From Candidatus Caccoplasma sp. (lineage in GTDB: Bacteria; Bacteroidota; Bacteroidia; Bacteroidales; G3-4614): DNA of 64,000 nt. The notes below the pieces were generated by a model. It was not told the origin of the DNA. It worked only from the letters and a program-made list of their open reading frames with translations, and did no database searches. Of the stretch, positions 38,935 through 50,222 are shown piece by piece. The DNA lies in assembly GCA_045587545.1 (NCBI GenBank), contig JAZNCN010000028.1, positions 143,425-207,424 on the forward strand. Direction: 5' to 3'. Both the position numbers and the translations under genes were made by a program. Every line of letters starts with the position of its first letter. Within the stretch, counting starts at the first letter, position 1.

Positions 38935-40476
38935 ATGGATAAAAATAAGACTATAACAGTTACATCTCCCCTATTACCATCATTAGAGGAGTTGATGCCA
39001 TATCTTCAAGATATTTGGGACAGAAAGTGGCTGACTAATAACGGACACTATCATCAGGAGTTAGAGAAGGCTCTTTGCGAATATCTTAAAGTGCCATATA
39101 TAAGTTTGTTTACAAACGGAACACTTCCTTTAATAACTGCACTACAAGCATTGAGAGTGACAGGAGAGGTTATTACAACTCCATATAGTTTTGTGGCAAC
39201 TACACACTCGTTATGGTGGAATGGCATAAAACCTGTTTTTGTTGATATTGATCCTGAAACTTGCAATTTGGATCCTGCTAAAATTGAGGCAGCAATAACC
39301 CCTAAAACCACAGCCATAATGCCTGTTCACTGCTACGGAAAACCTTGTGATGTTAAAGGTATTCAAGAGGTAGCAGATAAATACGGATTGAAAGTTATTT
39401 ACGATGCAGCTCACGCATTTGGGGTGGAAGTTCTCCTCTCCCCTAACCCCTCTCCAGTAGAGAGGGGAATATATGGCTATAACAGAAGAACTGGAAACCC
39501 TGATATTTATGCACTTCTTAAGGGATATGCAATAGACAATAGAAAAAATCCCACAGAGGCAGAAAATATATTATGGCAAGTTCTTCGTAATAATCAATTA
39601 GGAACTAAATGGAGAAGACAACACATGATCCTTGATTTTATTGTAGATTTTGTATGTTTAGAAAAATCATTTATTATTGAAATAGATGGAGGATACCATA
39701 ACAATCCTAAACAAAAAGAAGCAGACAAAATAAGAGATAAGATTTTAGAAGAAAAAGGATTTTATGTTTTGCGTCTAACCAACGAAGAAGTAATTTCAAA
39801 CATTGATGAAACTATTGCTATAATTAAATCACAAATACAAAACCTCCCCCTACTGGGGGGAATGAGGGGGGAGTCCATTCTCAATTTCGGAGATATGAGT
39901 ACTTTGAGTTTCCATGCGACAAAGGTATATAACACTGTTGAAGGTGGTGCATTGATAATGCACGATGAGGAGACAAAAAAACGCATCGACTATCTTAAAA
40001 ACTTTGGATTTGCCGGAGAGACAGAGGTTATTGCTCCCGGTATAAATAGTAAAATGGACGAGATTCGCTCGGCATACGGATTATTGAGTTTAAAGAAAGT
40101 TGATGACTCAATAGCTGCACGAAAAAGAGTAGCCGAGATATATCGCAGTGAGTTACGCAACATACCTGGAATACGCTTTTTTGATGATATGCCGGGAGTT
40201 AAACATAACTACTCATATTTCCCAATTTTTGTTGAGAAAGATTATGGAATGAGTCGCGATGAACTATACTTTAAGATGAAAGCGAATAACGTTCTTGGCA
40301 GACGCTATTTTTATCCATTAATAAGTACATTCTCAACTTATAGAGGATTGGAGTCGTCAGATCCCAAGAACTTACCAATAGCAACACGCATTGCCGATGA
40401 GGTTATTTGCCTACCAATGCACAATGCTTTAAGCGAAAACGATATTCAAAGAGTAATTGATTGTATAAAGAAGTAA
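38935..40476 (+). CDS. DegT-family sugar aminotransferase carrying an internal in-frame DUF559 endonuclease domain
   Basis: N-terminal part ...KVIYDAAHAFGVEV and C-terminal part GESILNFGDMSTLSFHATKVYNTVEGGALI... are aminotransferase sequence. Codons 167-312 are DUF559-like. Confidence 0.85.
   Translation: MDKNKTITVTSPLLPSLEELMPYLQDIWDRKWLTNNGHYHQELEKALCEYLKVPYISLFTNGTLPLITALQALRVTGEVITTPYSFVATTHSLWWNGIKPVFVDIDPETCNLDPAKIEAAITPKTTAIMPVHCYGKPCDVKGIQEVADKYGLKVIYDAAHAFGVEVLLSPNPSPVERGIYGYNRRTGNPDIYALLKGYAIDNRKNPTEAENILWQVLRNNQLGTKWRRQHMILDFIVDFVCLEKSFIIEIDGGYHNNPKQKEADKIRDKILEEKGFYVLRLTNEEVISNIDETIAIIKSQIQNLPLLGGMRGESILNFGDMSTLSFHATKVYNTVEGGALIMHDEETKKRIDYLKNFGFAGETEVIAPGINSKMDEIRSAYGLLSLKKVDDSIAARKRVAEIYRSELRNIPGIRFFDDMPGVKHNYSYFPIFVEKDYGMSRDELYFKMKANNVLGRRYFYPLISTFSTYRGLESSDPKNLPIATRIADEVICLPMHNALSENDIQRVIDCIKK
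39433..39870 (+). mobile_element. DUF559 (Vsr-like PD-(D/E)xK endonuclease) cassette, 438 bp, in frame, with G/C-rich hairpin termini
   Basis: Encodes NPTEAENILWQVLRNNQLGTKWRRQHMILDFIVDFVCLEKSFIIEIDGGYH...VLRLTNEEV. Terminal hairpins cccctct/agagggg (39447-39467) and tccccc/ggggga (39845-39861). The ends are imperfect inverted repeats sharing CCAGTAG. Boundaries are good to within a few bp. Confidence 0.65.
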
Positions 40477-40480
40477 AAAT

Positions 40481-41410
40481 ATGAAACATTTACTTTTTAA
40501 TACAACTCCTGTTAATAAATTAAATTATTTTTCAAATAAATTAGGAGTTAATTTATATGTAAAAAGGGATGATTTATTTTTAGAAGCAGGAGGAGGTAGT
40601 AAAGCAAGAATGTTACAATACATTTTATCCGATATAAAATCAGAAAATTATGATGTATTATTAACAGCTGGAGGTCCATGTTCAAATTTCAATAGAGCTT
40701 GTGCATTAATGTGTGCAAAAATTGGGATACCAATGCATTTAGTTGAATACACTGATAATCCAAATGAATATAAGTCTTCTCTTAATTATTATATATGCCA
40801 ATTAGCAGGAATAAAGACAACTCGATGTAAGAAATCAGAAGTTCCAGAAACTATCTCTAAAGTACTTAACCAATATCAAAGTAAAGGAGAAAAGGTTAAA
40901 TTTATATATGGTGGCGGTAAATCAATTGAAGGGATATATTCTTATTATGAAGCTGTCAAAGAATTATATACTCAGATTCAAGATATAGACCATATATTCA
41001 TTGCATGCGGAACAGGGACAACACTGAGCGGGATATGTGCAGGAGTCCAAAAATATTATCCCAATACAAAAATACACGCGATATCTACTGCTCGTAATTA
41101 TGATGCAGAGTTACCGGTATTAACAGATAATATTAAACTTCTAAATAAGTATTTAGGCACAAAATACTCATTAGACAATTTAAAATTTTATGACGAATAT
41201 ATTTGTGGAGGATATGCAAAATATAATAATTCAATAATGAATATAATAAAAGAATGTATTAGTAACGAAGGAATGATTATTGACCCGACATACTCAGGTA
41301 AAGCATTTTGGGGAATGAATAATATAATCGAATCATCTGAAACATTTAAGGATAAAAACATTCTTTTTTGGAATACAGGAGGAATCATGAATCTATTATC
41401 AGCACATTAA
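40481..41410 (+). CDS. PLP-dependent enzyme of the ACC deaminase / D-cysteine desulfhydrase family
   Basis: GGGSKARMLQYIL (compare GGNKxRKLEYL) and the fold-type II PLP pattern CGTGTTLSG. Confidence 0.65.
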   Translation: MKHLLFNTTPVNKLNYFSNKLGVNLYVKRDDLFLEAGGGSKARMLQYILSDIKSENYDVLLTAGGPCSNFNRACALMCAKIGIPMHLVEYTDNPNEYKSSLNYYICQLAGIKTTRCKKSEVPETISKVLNQYQSKGEKVKFIYGGGKSIEGIYSYYEAVKELYTQIQDIDHIFIACGTGTTLSGICAGVQKYYPNTKIHAISTARNYDAELPVLTDNIKLLNKYLGTKYSLDNLKFYDEYICGGYAKYNNSIMNIIKECISNEGMIIDPTYSGKAFWGMNNIIESSETFKDKNILFWNTGGIMNLLSAH

Positions 41411-41419
41411 ATCGTTCAA

Positions 41420-41848
41420 ATGAAAACAATAGAACACATAACAAATAAAAAAGAATTAGAAGATTACCTTAATGAAGTAGATAAAGACTTTAATACTCCA
41501 TTAAGTAATAAAATATCAATAAGCATATTTGCATCTAAATTAGTTGAATATGGTAAAGTTTTCGTAATTAAAGAAAATAAAGAAACGTTAGCTATGATAA
41601 GTTTTTATTGTAATGATACAATAACCCATAAAGCATATCTTACTATATTATCAACAAAAGAACGAGCAAGAGGGAAAGGTTATGCTCGCTTATTAATTAC
41701 CAAAATGATAAGTATCTGTAAAGAGAATAAAATGCAACACATATATTGTGATTCCGTAAATCCTATTGCAATATCATTATATAAATCATTTGGGTTTACT
41801 GAATACAAAAAAGAAGAAAATAAAAGTTATTTAGAACTAAAATTATAA
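41420..41848 (+). CDS. GNAT family N-acetyltransferase
   Basis: 142 aa with the acetyl-CoA motif ERARGKGYARLLI. Confidence 0.75.
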   Translation: MKTIEHITNKKELEDYLNEVDKDFNTPLSNKISISIFASKLVEYGKVFVIKENKETLAMISFYCNDTITHKAYLTILSTKERARGKGYARLLITKMISICKENKMQHIYCDSVNPIAISLYKSFGFTEYKKEENKSYLELKL

Positions 41849-41858
41849 AATAAGCGAT

Positions 41859-42794
41859 ATGAATATATTGGTAACAGCAATTGGTTCATTTTCGGCAGAT
41901 TGTGTAATAAAAACATTAAAAAGGAAAAATCACAACGTAGTCGGATGTGATATATATCCTACCATTTGGCATGCTATATCAAAAGAGTGTGACAAAACAT
42001 ATCAAGTACCTTATGCTATAGATAAAGAATATGTAAATTTTTTATGTAGTATATGTATCAATGAAAAAATAGATTGTATAATACCCCTAACAGACTTGGA
42101 AATTGATGTTCTAAATAACAACAGAAAGAGTTTCAAAGATATTGGTGTTAACGTATATATACAATCTGAATCATGTTTAAATATTGCAAGAGATAAGTAT
42201 GCAATGTATAATATATTTAAAGATGATATAATTGTAAACGTACCAAATTCTATTTCTTCATCAAACCTTACTACAAACTTTCCATTACCCGCAATAGCAA
42301 AACCAATAAACGGTAGAAGTAGTGAAGGATTAAAAATAATTGAAAACATAAAAGAACTTGAACAATTAATTAATATACCAAAGTATATTATTCAAGAAAA
42401 GATATCTGGCTCTGTAATAACAGTGGATTACGTCAGAGACAAGCATGGTAATGATTTTGCTATTCCTCGAGAAGAATTATTAAGGACGAAGAATGGAGCA
42501 GGAACAACAATAAAGATCATTAATAATAAAGAACTAAATGAAACAGTCTCATATATAGGTAATAAGTTAAATGTAGTTGGATGTGTTAATATGGAATTTA
42601 TTCACAACAATGACAAATTTTATCTAATAGACATAAATCCAAGATTCTCTGCGGGAGTGGCATTCAGTAACTTTATTGGATTTGATATGATTACTAGTCA
42701 TATAAATTCTTTTATAGGGAAGGAAATATGCAATAAAATAGAAATTATTGAGCAAATAATTTGTAAACGATATTACGAAGAAAAATTAGATTAA
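41859..42794 (+). CDS. ATP-grasp domain protein
   Basis: 311 aa with AKPINGRSSEGLKII...IIQEKISG...NMEFI...YLIDINPRFS (ATP-grasp signature). Confidence 0.75.
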   Translation: MNILVTAIGSFSADCVIKTLKRKNHNVVGCDIYPTIWHAISKECDKTYQVPYAIDKEYVNFLCSICINEKIDCIIPLTDLEIDVLNNNRKSFKDIGVNVYIQSESCLNIARDKYAMYNIFKDDIIVNVPNSISSSNLTTNFPLPAIAKPINGRSSEGLKIIENIKELEQLINIPKYIIQEKISGSVITVDYVRDKHGNDFAIPREELLRTKNGAGTTIKIINNKELNETVSYIGNKLNVVGCVNMEFIHNNDKFYLIDINPRFSAGVAFSNFIGFDMITSHINSFIGKEICNKIEIIEQIICKRYYEEKLD

Positions 42795-42802
42795 TATAAA
42801 TA

Positions 42803-43762
42803 ATGTCAGAAAAAACACCATTAGTAAGCGTATTAACATTAGCATATAACCATGCTCCATATATAAGAGAGTGTTTGGACGGAATTCTTATGCAAAAAAC
42901 AAATTTTGCATTTGAATTACTAATTCATGATGATGCCTCAACCGATGGCACTGCCGATATAATTAGAGAATACGAAGCAAAATACCCTGATATAGTAAAG
43001 CCCATATACCAAACCGAAAATCAATATAGTAAAGGAGTGAAAATAACAATAACATATCAGTTCCCCAGAGTAAAGGGTAAGTATATTGCTTTATGCGAAG
43101 GTGATGATTATTGGACTGACCCTCTAAAACTCCAAAAACAAGTTGATTTTATGGAGGCAAATCCTGATTATGGATTGTGTTATACAAGCATAAATATGCT
43201 TCATTTGGATAAATCATTTTCTCATGAATATAATTTCTCAAACGATTTTGAGCCCACAATAAAAGAATTAATGATTAGTAATCCTATATGTACTTTAACA
43301 ACTCTATTTAGAAAAGATTTATATGCCCAATATATTGAAGAGGTAGAACCCCAAAATCAAAATTGGAAGATGGGTGATTATCCAATATGGATATGGTTCT
43401 CGCTACATTTAAAAATAAAATACCTAAGTGATATCACTGGTGTATATAGGAGAACAATAGGCAGTGCAAGTAATAGCAGTGATAAAAACAAACAATTATC
43501 ATTTCTATTAAATGTTATTGATATTAAAACATTCTTTAAAGAGAAATATGATATATGTAATTCTCTCTATTTATATGGCACAGCTAATACATATACTCAA
43601 TGCCGAGGAATTGCAATTGATATTGGCAGGTGGGATATTATAAAAAAAGAGATTAAAACGGCAAGACTCCTAAAAAATTGGAAAAGAGTTATAAAACTTA
43701 AAGTTTTATATATAGCCAGATATAATAAACGTATACTAAATTTTATAAATAGCCAAATATGA
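42803..43762 (+). CDS. glycosyltransferase family 2
   Basis: VSVLTLAYNHAPYIRECLDGILMQ...LIHDDASTDGT...CEGDDYW. Confidence 0.85.
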   Translation: MSEKTPLVSVLTLAYNHAPYIRECLDGILMQKTNFAFELLIHDDASTDGTADIIREYEAKYPDIVKPIYQTENQYSKGVKITITYQFPRVKGKYIALCEGDDYWTDPLKLQKQVDFMEANPDYGLCYTSINMLHLDKSFSHEYNFSNDFEPTIKELMISNPICTLTTLFRKDLYAQYIEEVEPQNQNWKMGDYPIWIWFSLHLKIKYLSDITGVYRRTIGSASNSSDKNKQLSFLLNVIDIKTFFKEKYDICNSLYLYGTANTYTQCRGIAIDIGRWDIIKKEIKTARLLKNWKRVIKLKVLYIARYNKRILNFINSQI

Positions 43763-43784
43763 TAAAAGATGCTTTTTACTTAAT

Positions 43785-44534
43785 ATGGCAACAGGAATAA
43801 TAATACAAGCAAGGACTGGTTCAAGTAGATTACCTCAAAAAATGGTGATACCTTTCTTTGACGGTATGGGAATACTTGAGATCTTACTCAAACGATTAAA
43901 GAATAATATTGATTGTAAAATTATTATTGCAACAACTGATAACGAAAGAGACAATATTATTGAAAATGTTGCAATAAAAAATGATTGTCTATGTTATCGA
44001 GGATCAGAAGATGATGTATTATTAAGATTTATTGAAGCTGCTGAATTTCATAATATCTCAAAAATTATTAGGATATGTGCCGATAACCCATTTTTAGATA
44101 TGCGATCTCTAAGGGAGTTAATAAACTATAGCGAAAATAGAGACGAGGATTATATATCTTTCTGCACATCAGATGGTACTCCCACTATAAAAACTCATTA
44201 TGGATTTTGGGCTGAATATGTTACATTAGATGCTTTAAAGAGAGTAAATTCTTTAACAAGTGAAAAGCTCTATCATGAACATGTAACAAATTATATATAT
44301 GCAAATAAAAATATATTTAGCACAAACTTTATTCAAATTCCAAAATGGATTGAAGACAAACCTATAAGATTGACATTAGATACTCAAGAGGATTTTGAGA
44401 TGCAACAAAACATATTTAAATATGTTATAGATAATAATTTAAATATTAAGATAGATGATGTTATTAACTATTTAAATAGTAATAATGATTACTATTTAAA
44501 AATGAGTTCTATTATATCTCAAAATAAAAAATAA
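43785..44534 (+). CDS. SpsF/PseF-like cytidylyltransferase family protein
   Basis: IIIQARTGSSRLPQKM...RGSEDDVLLRF...ICADNPF, the CTP_transf_3-type pattern. Confidence 0.65.
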   Translation: MATGIIIQARTGSSRLPQKMVIPFFDGMGILEILLKRLKNNIDCKIIIATTDNERDNIIENVAIKNDCLCYRGSEDDVLLRFIEAAEFHNISKIIRICADNPFLDMRSLRELINYSENRDEDYISFCTSDGTPTIKTHYGFWAEYVTLDALKRVNSLTSEKLYHEHVTNYIYANKNIFSTNFIQIPKWIEDKPIRLTLDTQEDFEMQQNIFKYVIDNNLNIKIDDVINYLNSNNDYYLKMSSIISQNKK

Positions 44535-44538
44535 TTTT

Positions 44539-46045
<1,507 letters not shown>

Positions 46046-46090
46046 TATTATCTTCGCATACAAATCATCACATAATTTAATTAATACAAT

Positions 46091-46786
46091 ATGATAAACA
46101 ATTTAAAAGTATTAGCTTTAATTCCTGCACGAGGTGGCAGTAAGGGTATTAAAGATAAAAATATATACGATATTAATGGTAAGCCTCTTATTGCATACTC
46201 TATTATTGCTGCCCAGAATAGTAAATATGTTGATGATGTTGTAATTACTACTGATTCTGAAAAGATTAAAAAGGTTGCAGAGAGCTTTGGAGCTAATGTC
46301 CCTTTTTTAAGACCTGCTGAATTGGCATCAGACAACTCCAAAACAATTGATGCTGTTGTCCATGCTGCTAATACTTTAAAAGAGTTAGGAAGGGATTATG
46401 ATATATTATTGCTTCTTCAACCCACTTGTCCCTTAAGAACAACAGAAGACATTGATAATTCATTAGAGTTGTTTGTATCTAAAGGGTGCGTTGCTCTTGT
46501 TTCGGTAAATAAAGTTAAAGAGCACCCTATCCTGATGAGAAAGATTAACGAAGATGGAATGATGGATAATCTTCTCAATCTACCATCAACTATAAGACGT
46601 CAAGATATGCCTCCTATTTATAAAGTTAACGGAAGTATATATATCAATCTTGTTAAAGAGTTGAGCAACGATACAAGTCTCAACGATAACCCATTGGCTT
46701 ACATTACAGACGATGAGCACTCGGTTGATATTGACGATTTAGACGATATTGAAAGGGTAAAAAATATTTTAAGAAAAAATGTTTAA
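46091..46786 (+). CDS. neuA: acylneuraminate cytidylyltransferase (CMP-nonulosonate synthetase)
   Basis: LALIPARGGSKGIKDKNI...LLQPTCPLR motif. Confidence 0.85.
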   Translation: MINNLKVLALIPARGGSKGIKDKNIYDINGKPLIAYSIIAAQNSKYVDDVVITTDSEKIKKVAESFGANVPFLRPAELASDNSKTIDAVVHAANTLKELGRDYDILLLLQPTCPLRTTEDIDNSLELFVSKGCVALVSVNKVKEHPILMRKINEDGMMDNLLNLPSTIRRQDMPPIYKVNGSIYINLVKELSNDTSLNDNPLAYITDDEHSVDIDDLDDIERVKNILRKNV

Positions 46787-47948
46787 ACTAAAAAACATAC
46801 TTATCTCATTCTTTCAGATTTACTCTCAAATAATATTTAAAAAGAGAGTAGAAGTTATATTCTACTATCCTCAACATTTTAACAGGTCAAAAGAGGGTAC
46901 AAACCCATATTTTGATCCTCTTATAGGGGTATGCAATGAAAATGGAATAAGATATGTGGTTATTGAAGAACCTGCGGGAGGTACTGACAAGCCACACAAC
47001 TCAAAAACTTTAAGAGGAGATGCTCTGCTATTAACTATTTTAATTATTCGCAAACTTATTAGAACCATATTAAAATACGATTATATTAAACAAGAGCGTA
47101 TAGTAGCCAAAATCATAAATATCATTACTTTTGGTAAACTTAAAGTAAAAAAATATATTACCATTTCGGGTAGCATGGAGCACCTGTTCTGCTTTATTAA
47201 TAAAAACGGAAAAGTTTATGACATACAACATGGTATAATATATTCTAAACACCAAGGGTACTTTTATAAAGATGGGAAGATAAGAGATGAACATAATATA
47301 AGCAACCTGAACTTTTTGGTTTATGGAGAGGGAACATACAATGCCTTTTTTAGAAATAAAGATAATATAAACATATTAAAAGATAGGGTTAAAATAATAG
47401 GTTGTCCATTAGAGAATGGAGATAAAGAGATTAAAGAAGGGGGTGAAAATATATTCTATTCTCTGCAATACACAAGTGATGATTTGTGGGATAAAAATGA
47501 ATTTACGAACCTCTTTATTGACTCTGTTAAACGCATAAATAGATACAACATTAAAGTTGAATATAAACACCACCCACGTTTTGATAACTCTGTCGATTTA
47601 CAAAAAGAGTGTAATGGTTATGATATAACAGAGACAAAAGATAGAATTGATGAGATTATAAAACGTACTAAACTTCATATAACATATTTTTCAACTACTG
47701 CTTTTGAGTTTGCAGCACACGGAGTTCCAACATATTTTTTAATATCAGATATTATTCCTGATGGTAAAATAATCTTTTATGACGAATATGAATATCCTTT
47801 ATACATGGATAATACAATTGAAGAGGTTCTTGAAAGATTAGATAATCCTAAATATTCAGAAGAGGACTCTAAAATAGTTAAAGAGTGGTATAATAAGTTT
47901 TATACGCCTTTTAACAAACAGGCTTTTTATGATATTATAAAGTCGTAA
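46779..47948 (+). CDS. hypothetical protein; possible nonulosonate (sialyl/KDN) transferase
   Basis: 389 aa, overlaps neuA by 8 nt, and contains KHHPRF (an HP motif as in bacterial sialyltransferases). No firm family assignment. Confidence 0.35.
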   Translation: MFKLKNILISFFQIYSQIIFKKRVEVIFYYPQHFNRSKEGTNPYFDPLIGVCNENGIRYVVIEEPAGGTDKPHNSKTLRGDALLLTILIIRKLIRTILKYDYIKQERIVAKIINIITFGKLKVKKYITISGSMEHLFCFINKNGKVYDIQHGIIYSKHQGYFYKDGKIRDEHNISNLNFLVYGEGTYNAFFRNKDNINILKDRVKIIGCPLENGDKEIKEGGENIFYSLQYTSDDLWDKNEFTNLFIDSVKRINRYNIKVEYKHHPRFDNSVDLQKECNGYDITETKDRIDEIIKRTKLHITYFSTTAFEFAAHGVPTYFLISDIIPDGKIIFYDEYEYPLYMDNTIEEVLERLDNPKYSEEDSKIVKEWYNKFYTPFNKQAFYDIIKS

Positions 47949-47951
47949 AGT

Positions 47952-49016
47952 ATGCAGAAACATAAGAAAATTAAACTTTTTTTGGGAGGTTTTATAAATA
48001 GCACTAATGCTCAAAACCTTAATTGTCTTGCTCTTGCCAAATATTTAGACAAAAGCAAGTATGAAGTATATACTATGGCTTTTGAGAATGGAGATTTTAA
48101 TGTTGAGCCTATTGAAGGTGTGAAAATTATAAAAGCAAGATTACCTTATCGAATATTTAAATATTGGTGCTGGCTTAAAGGTGTAATATTATGCGATATA
48201 CTTTATCTACCCAAAGAGCAACTTGTTAAATATATTTACTTCTGGAAAAAGATATTAGGCAAAAAATCATTCTTTACAGTTGAGGGTGTTTATTCAGGTA
48301 CAAATTACAAAAAATTGATAGCAAGATTGGGAAGCAATGAGAATGCAGTAAAATTTTATAGTTTGTATGATAATGTATTTTCCATTACAAAATATATGCA
48401 AATTTATAATAGTGAAAATATAGGTATAAAATCAAATGGTGTTTTATATCTTGGAATAGACTTTAATAGATTTGTAAACGATACAAAAAGAGAGAAACTT
48501 ACAGATATTATCTTTATTGGCAACAATATGAGAGATAAGGGCATTACCGATTTCTTTATGTGTGCCGAGAGTTTTAAGGATATTAATTTTCATATTGTTG
48601 GCGGTGGTGGTAATTACGATATTATAAACGAGACAAAGAAACGTAATTTACCAAATGTTACTTTGCATGGTTCGCTATCGCACGATAAATTATCGGTGAT
48701 ATTAAAAAAGGTGCAACTTATGTTTTTCCCATCAAGAAGCGAGGGGTTCCCAAAAGTTACATTAGAGTGTGCAGCAGCAGGAGTTCCGTCAATTGTATAT
48801 GGAGATTATGGCGCAGACGAATGGATAACGACAGGGGAAGATGGTTTTGTTGTAAATACTTTAGATGAAGCTAAAAATATTATAAAAGATTTAATTGCAA
48901 ACCCAGCTAAAGTTTCAGAATTATCAAGAAATGCTGTTGAATTAGGTAAAAGATTTGATTGGAAAAGTGTAATTAAAGATTGGGAAACAGAGATTGATAA
49001 ACTTGCAAATTCATAA
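47952..49016 (+). CDS. glycosyltransferase family 4 (GT-B)
   Basis: C-terminal FPSRSEGFPKVTLECAAAGVPSIV motif. Confidence 0.8.
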   Translation: MQKHKKIKLFLGGFINSTNAQNLNCLALAKYLDKSKYEVYTMAFENGDFNVEPIEGVKIIKARLPYRIFKYWCWLKGVILCDILYLPKEQLVKYIYFWKKILGKKSFFTVEGVYSGTNYKKLIARLGSNENAVKFYSLYDNVFSITKYMQIYNSENIGIKSNGVLYLGIDFNRFVNDTKREKLTDIIFIGNNMRDKGITDFFMCAESFKDINFHIVGGGGNYDIINETKKRNLPNVTLHGSLSHDKLSVILKKVQLMFFPSRSEGFPKVTLECAAAGVPSIVYGDYGADEWITTGEDGFVVNTLDEAKNIIKDLIANPAKVSELSRNAVELGKRFDWKSVIKDWETEIDKLANS

Positions 49017-49025
49017 GATGGTAAG

Positions 49026-50165
49026 ATGGTATATATAGTTGTAACTCCATTTTTCCCCGAGCCTGATAATTTTAGAGGTCCTTATGTATATGATCAGGTA
49101 AAGGCTATTATTAAAAGCAATAAATATGACAAGGTTATTGTTTTTAAACCTTCTTTACTACAAAACAATGAGAAAGACTATATTTATGATGGTATAGAGG
49201 TATATAGATTTAATACCCTTCAAGTACCTTCTGCCATATTGCCCGGAGCCTTTGATTGCTATAATATATGTTCTTTCAAGAAAAAGCTTAAGGGTTTAAA
49301 TATTGATATTAAAGATATTGCAGTTATACATTGCCACGTTACAGGACTTGGCATATATGCAAATGCTCTTAAAAATAAAAATCCCCAAATTAGGACTATT
49401 CTTCAACATCACGGTTTTGATGTTTTAAGCCTTAAAAACGGACGCTGTGCCAATATGGGTTGGCATAAAAAATATATGGTTTGGTATGGCAGCAGAATAT
49501 GTAATAAAATTGATATTAATGTTGGGGTTAGTAATAAAACTTTAGAGTACCTGACTTTATATAAAGATGTTACTCCCAAACAAACATATACGCTGTATAA
49601 TGGGGTTGACCTTTCAAAGTTCTACCCTACCCAACCTAAAAAAGAGTCTGATAAATTTATTATTGGGTGTGTCGGAAATTTTTGGAAATTAAAAGACCAA
49701 ATCACACTAATTAAGGCAGTTGAGATTTTAAAAAGTAAAGGATATCACAATATACTCGTCAGATTTATTGGTAGTGGGGCAACTTTGAATGAATGTAAAG
49801 AGTATGTTGAAAATAACAATCTAAATGAACAAATAAGTTTTGAGACTGAAATATCTCATAGGGAACTGAACAACTATTACAACTCTCTTGATTTATTTGT
49901 TCTTCCATCATATTGGGAGGCCTTCGGTTGTGTATATACCGAAGCATACGCATGTGGTATTCCATTTATCGCAGTTAAAGGGCAAGGTATTTCTGAACTT
50001 ATTCCTGAAAAAGATAGTGATAAATGGTTAATAGATAAAGGAGATTTTGTATCTTTGAGTAATAATATTGAAAAGTATATAAATAACAGATATAAGCAAG
50101 AACTTACTATTGATATTAATATAGATACTCTTGTAAATGAGTTTTTACAGAGAATCAGTTGTTAG
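49026..50165 (+). CDS. glycosyltransferase family 4 (GT-B)
   Basis: LPSYWEAFGCVYTEAYACGIPFIA motif. The stop codon lies inside an agttgttagttgtt motif. Confidence 0.8.
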   Translation: MVYIVVTPFFPEPDNFRGPYVYDQVKAIIKSNKYDKVIVFKPSLLQNNEKDYIYDGIEVYRFNTLQVPSAILPGAFDCYNICSFKKKLKGLNIDIKDIAVIHCHVTGLGIYANALKNKNPQIRTILQHHGFDVLSLKNGRCANMGWHKKYMVWYGSRICNKIDINVGVSNKTLEYLTLYKDVTPKQTYTLYNGVDLSKFYPTQPKKESDKFIIGCVGNFWKLKDQITLIKAVEILKSKGYHNILVRFIGSGATLNECKEYVENNNLNEQISFETEISHRELNNYYNSLDLFVLPSYWEAFGCVYTEAYACGIPFIAVKGQGISELIPEKDSDKWLIDKGDFVSLSNNIEKYINNRYKQELTIDINIDTLVNEFLQRISC

Positions 50166-50171
50166 TTGTTC

Positions 50172-50213
50172 AAATTAGTCCTATTAGTCTAATTAGTCAA
50201 ATTGGACAAATTA
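50172..50213. repeat. ATTAG-rich ~40-bp module, copy B
   Basis: aaattagtcctattagtctaattagtcaaattggacaaatta, left flank of the four-helix-bundle gene. Confidence 0.85.
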
Positions 50214-50222
50214 TAATAAGTT

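Noticed and set aside
39433-39870. Possibility that the DUF559 block inside the aminotransferase is an intein or BIL domain
   Set aside because: The block begins LLSPNP and ends ...GGMRG, followed by E. It has no N-terminal Cys/Ser nucleophile, no C-terminal His-Asn, no downstream Cys/Ser/Thr, and no Hint-domain blocks. At 146 aa the whole block is accounted for by the DUF559 core plus hairpin-encoded termini.
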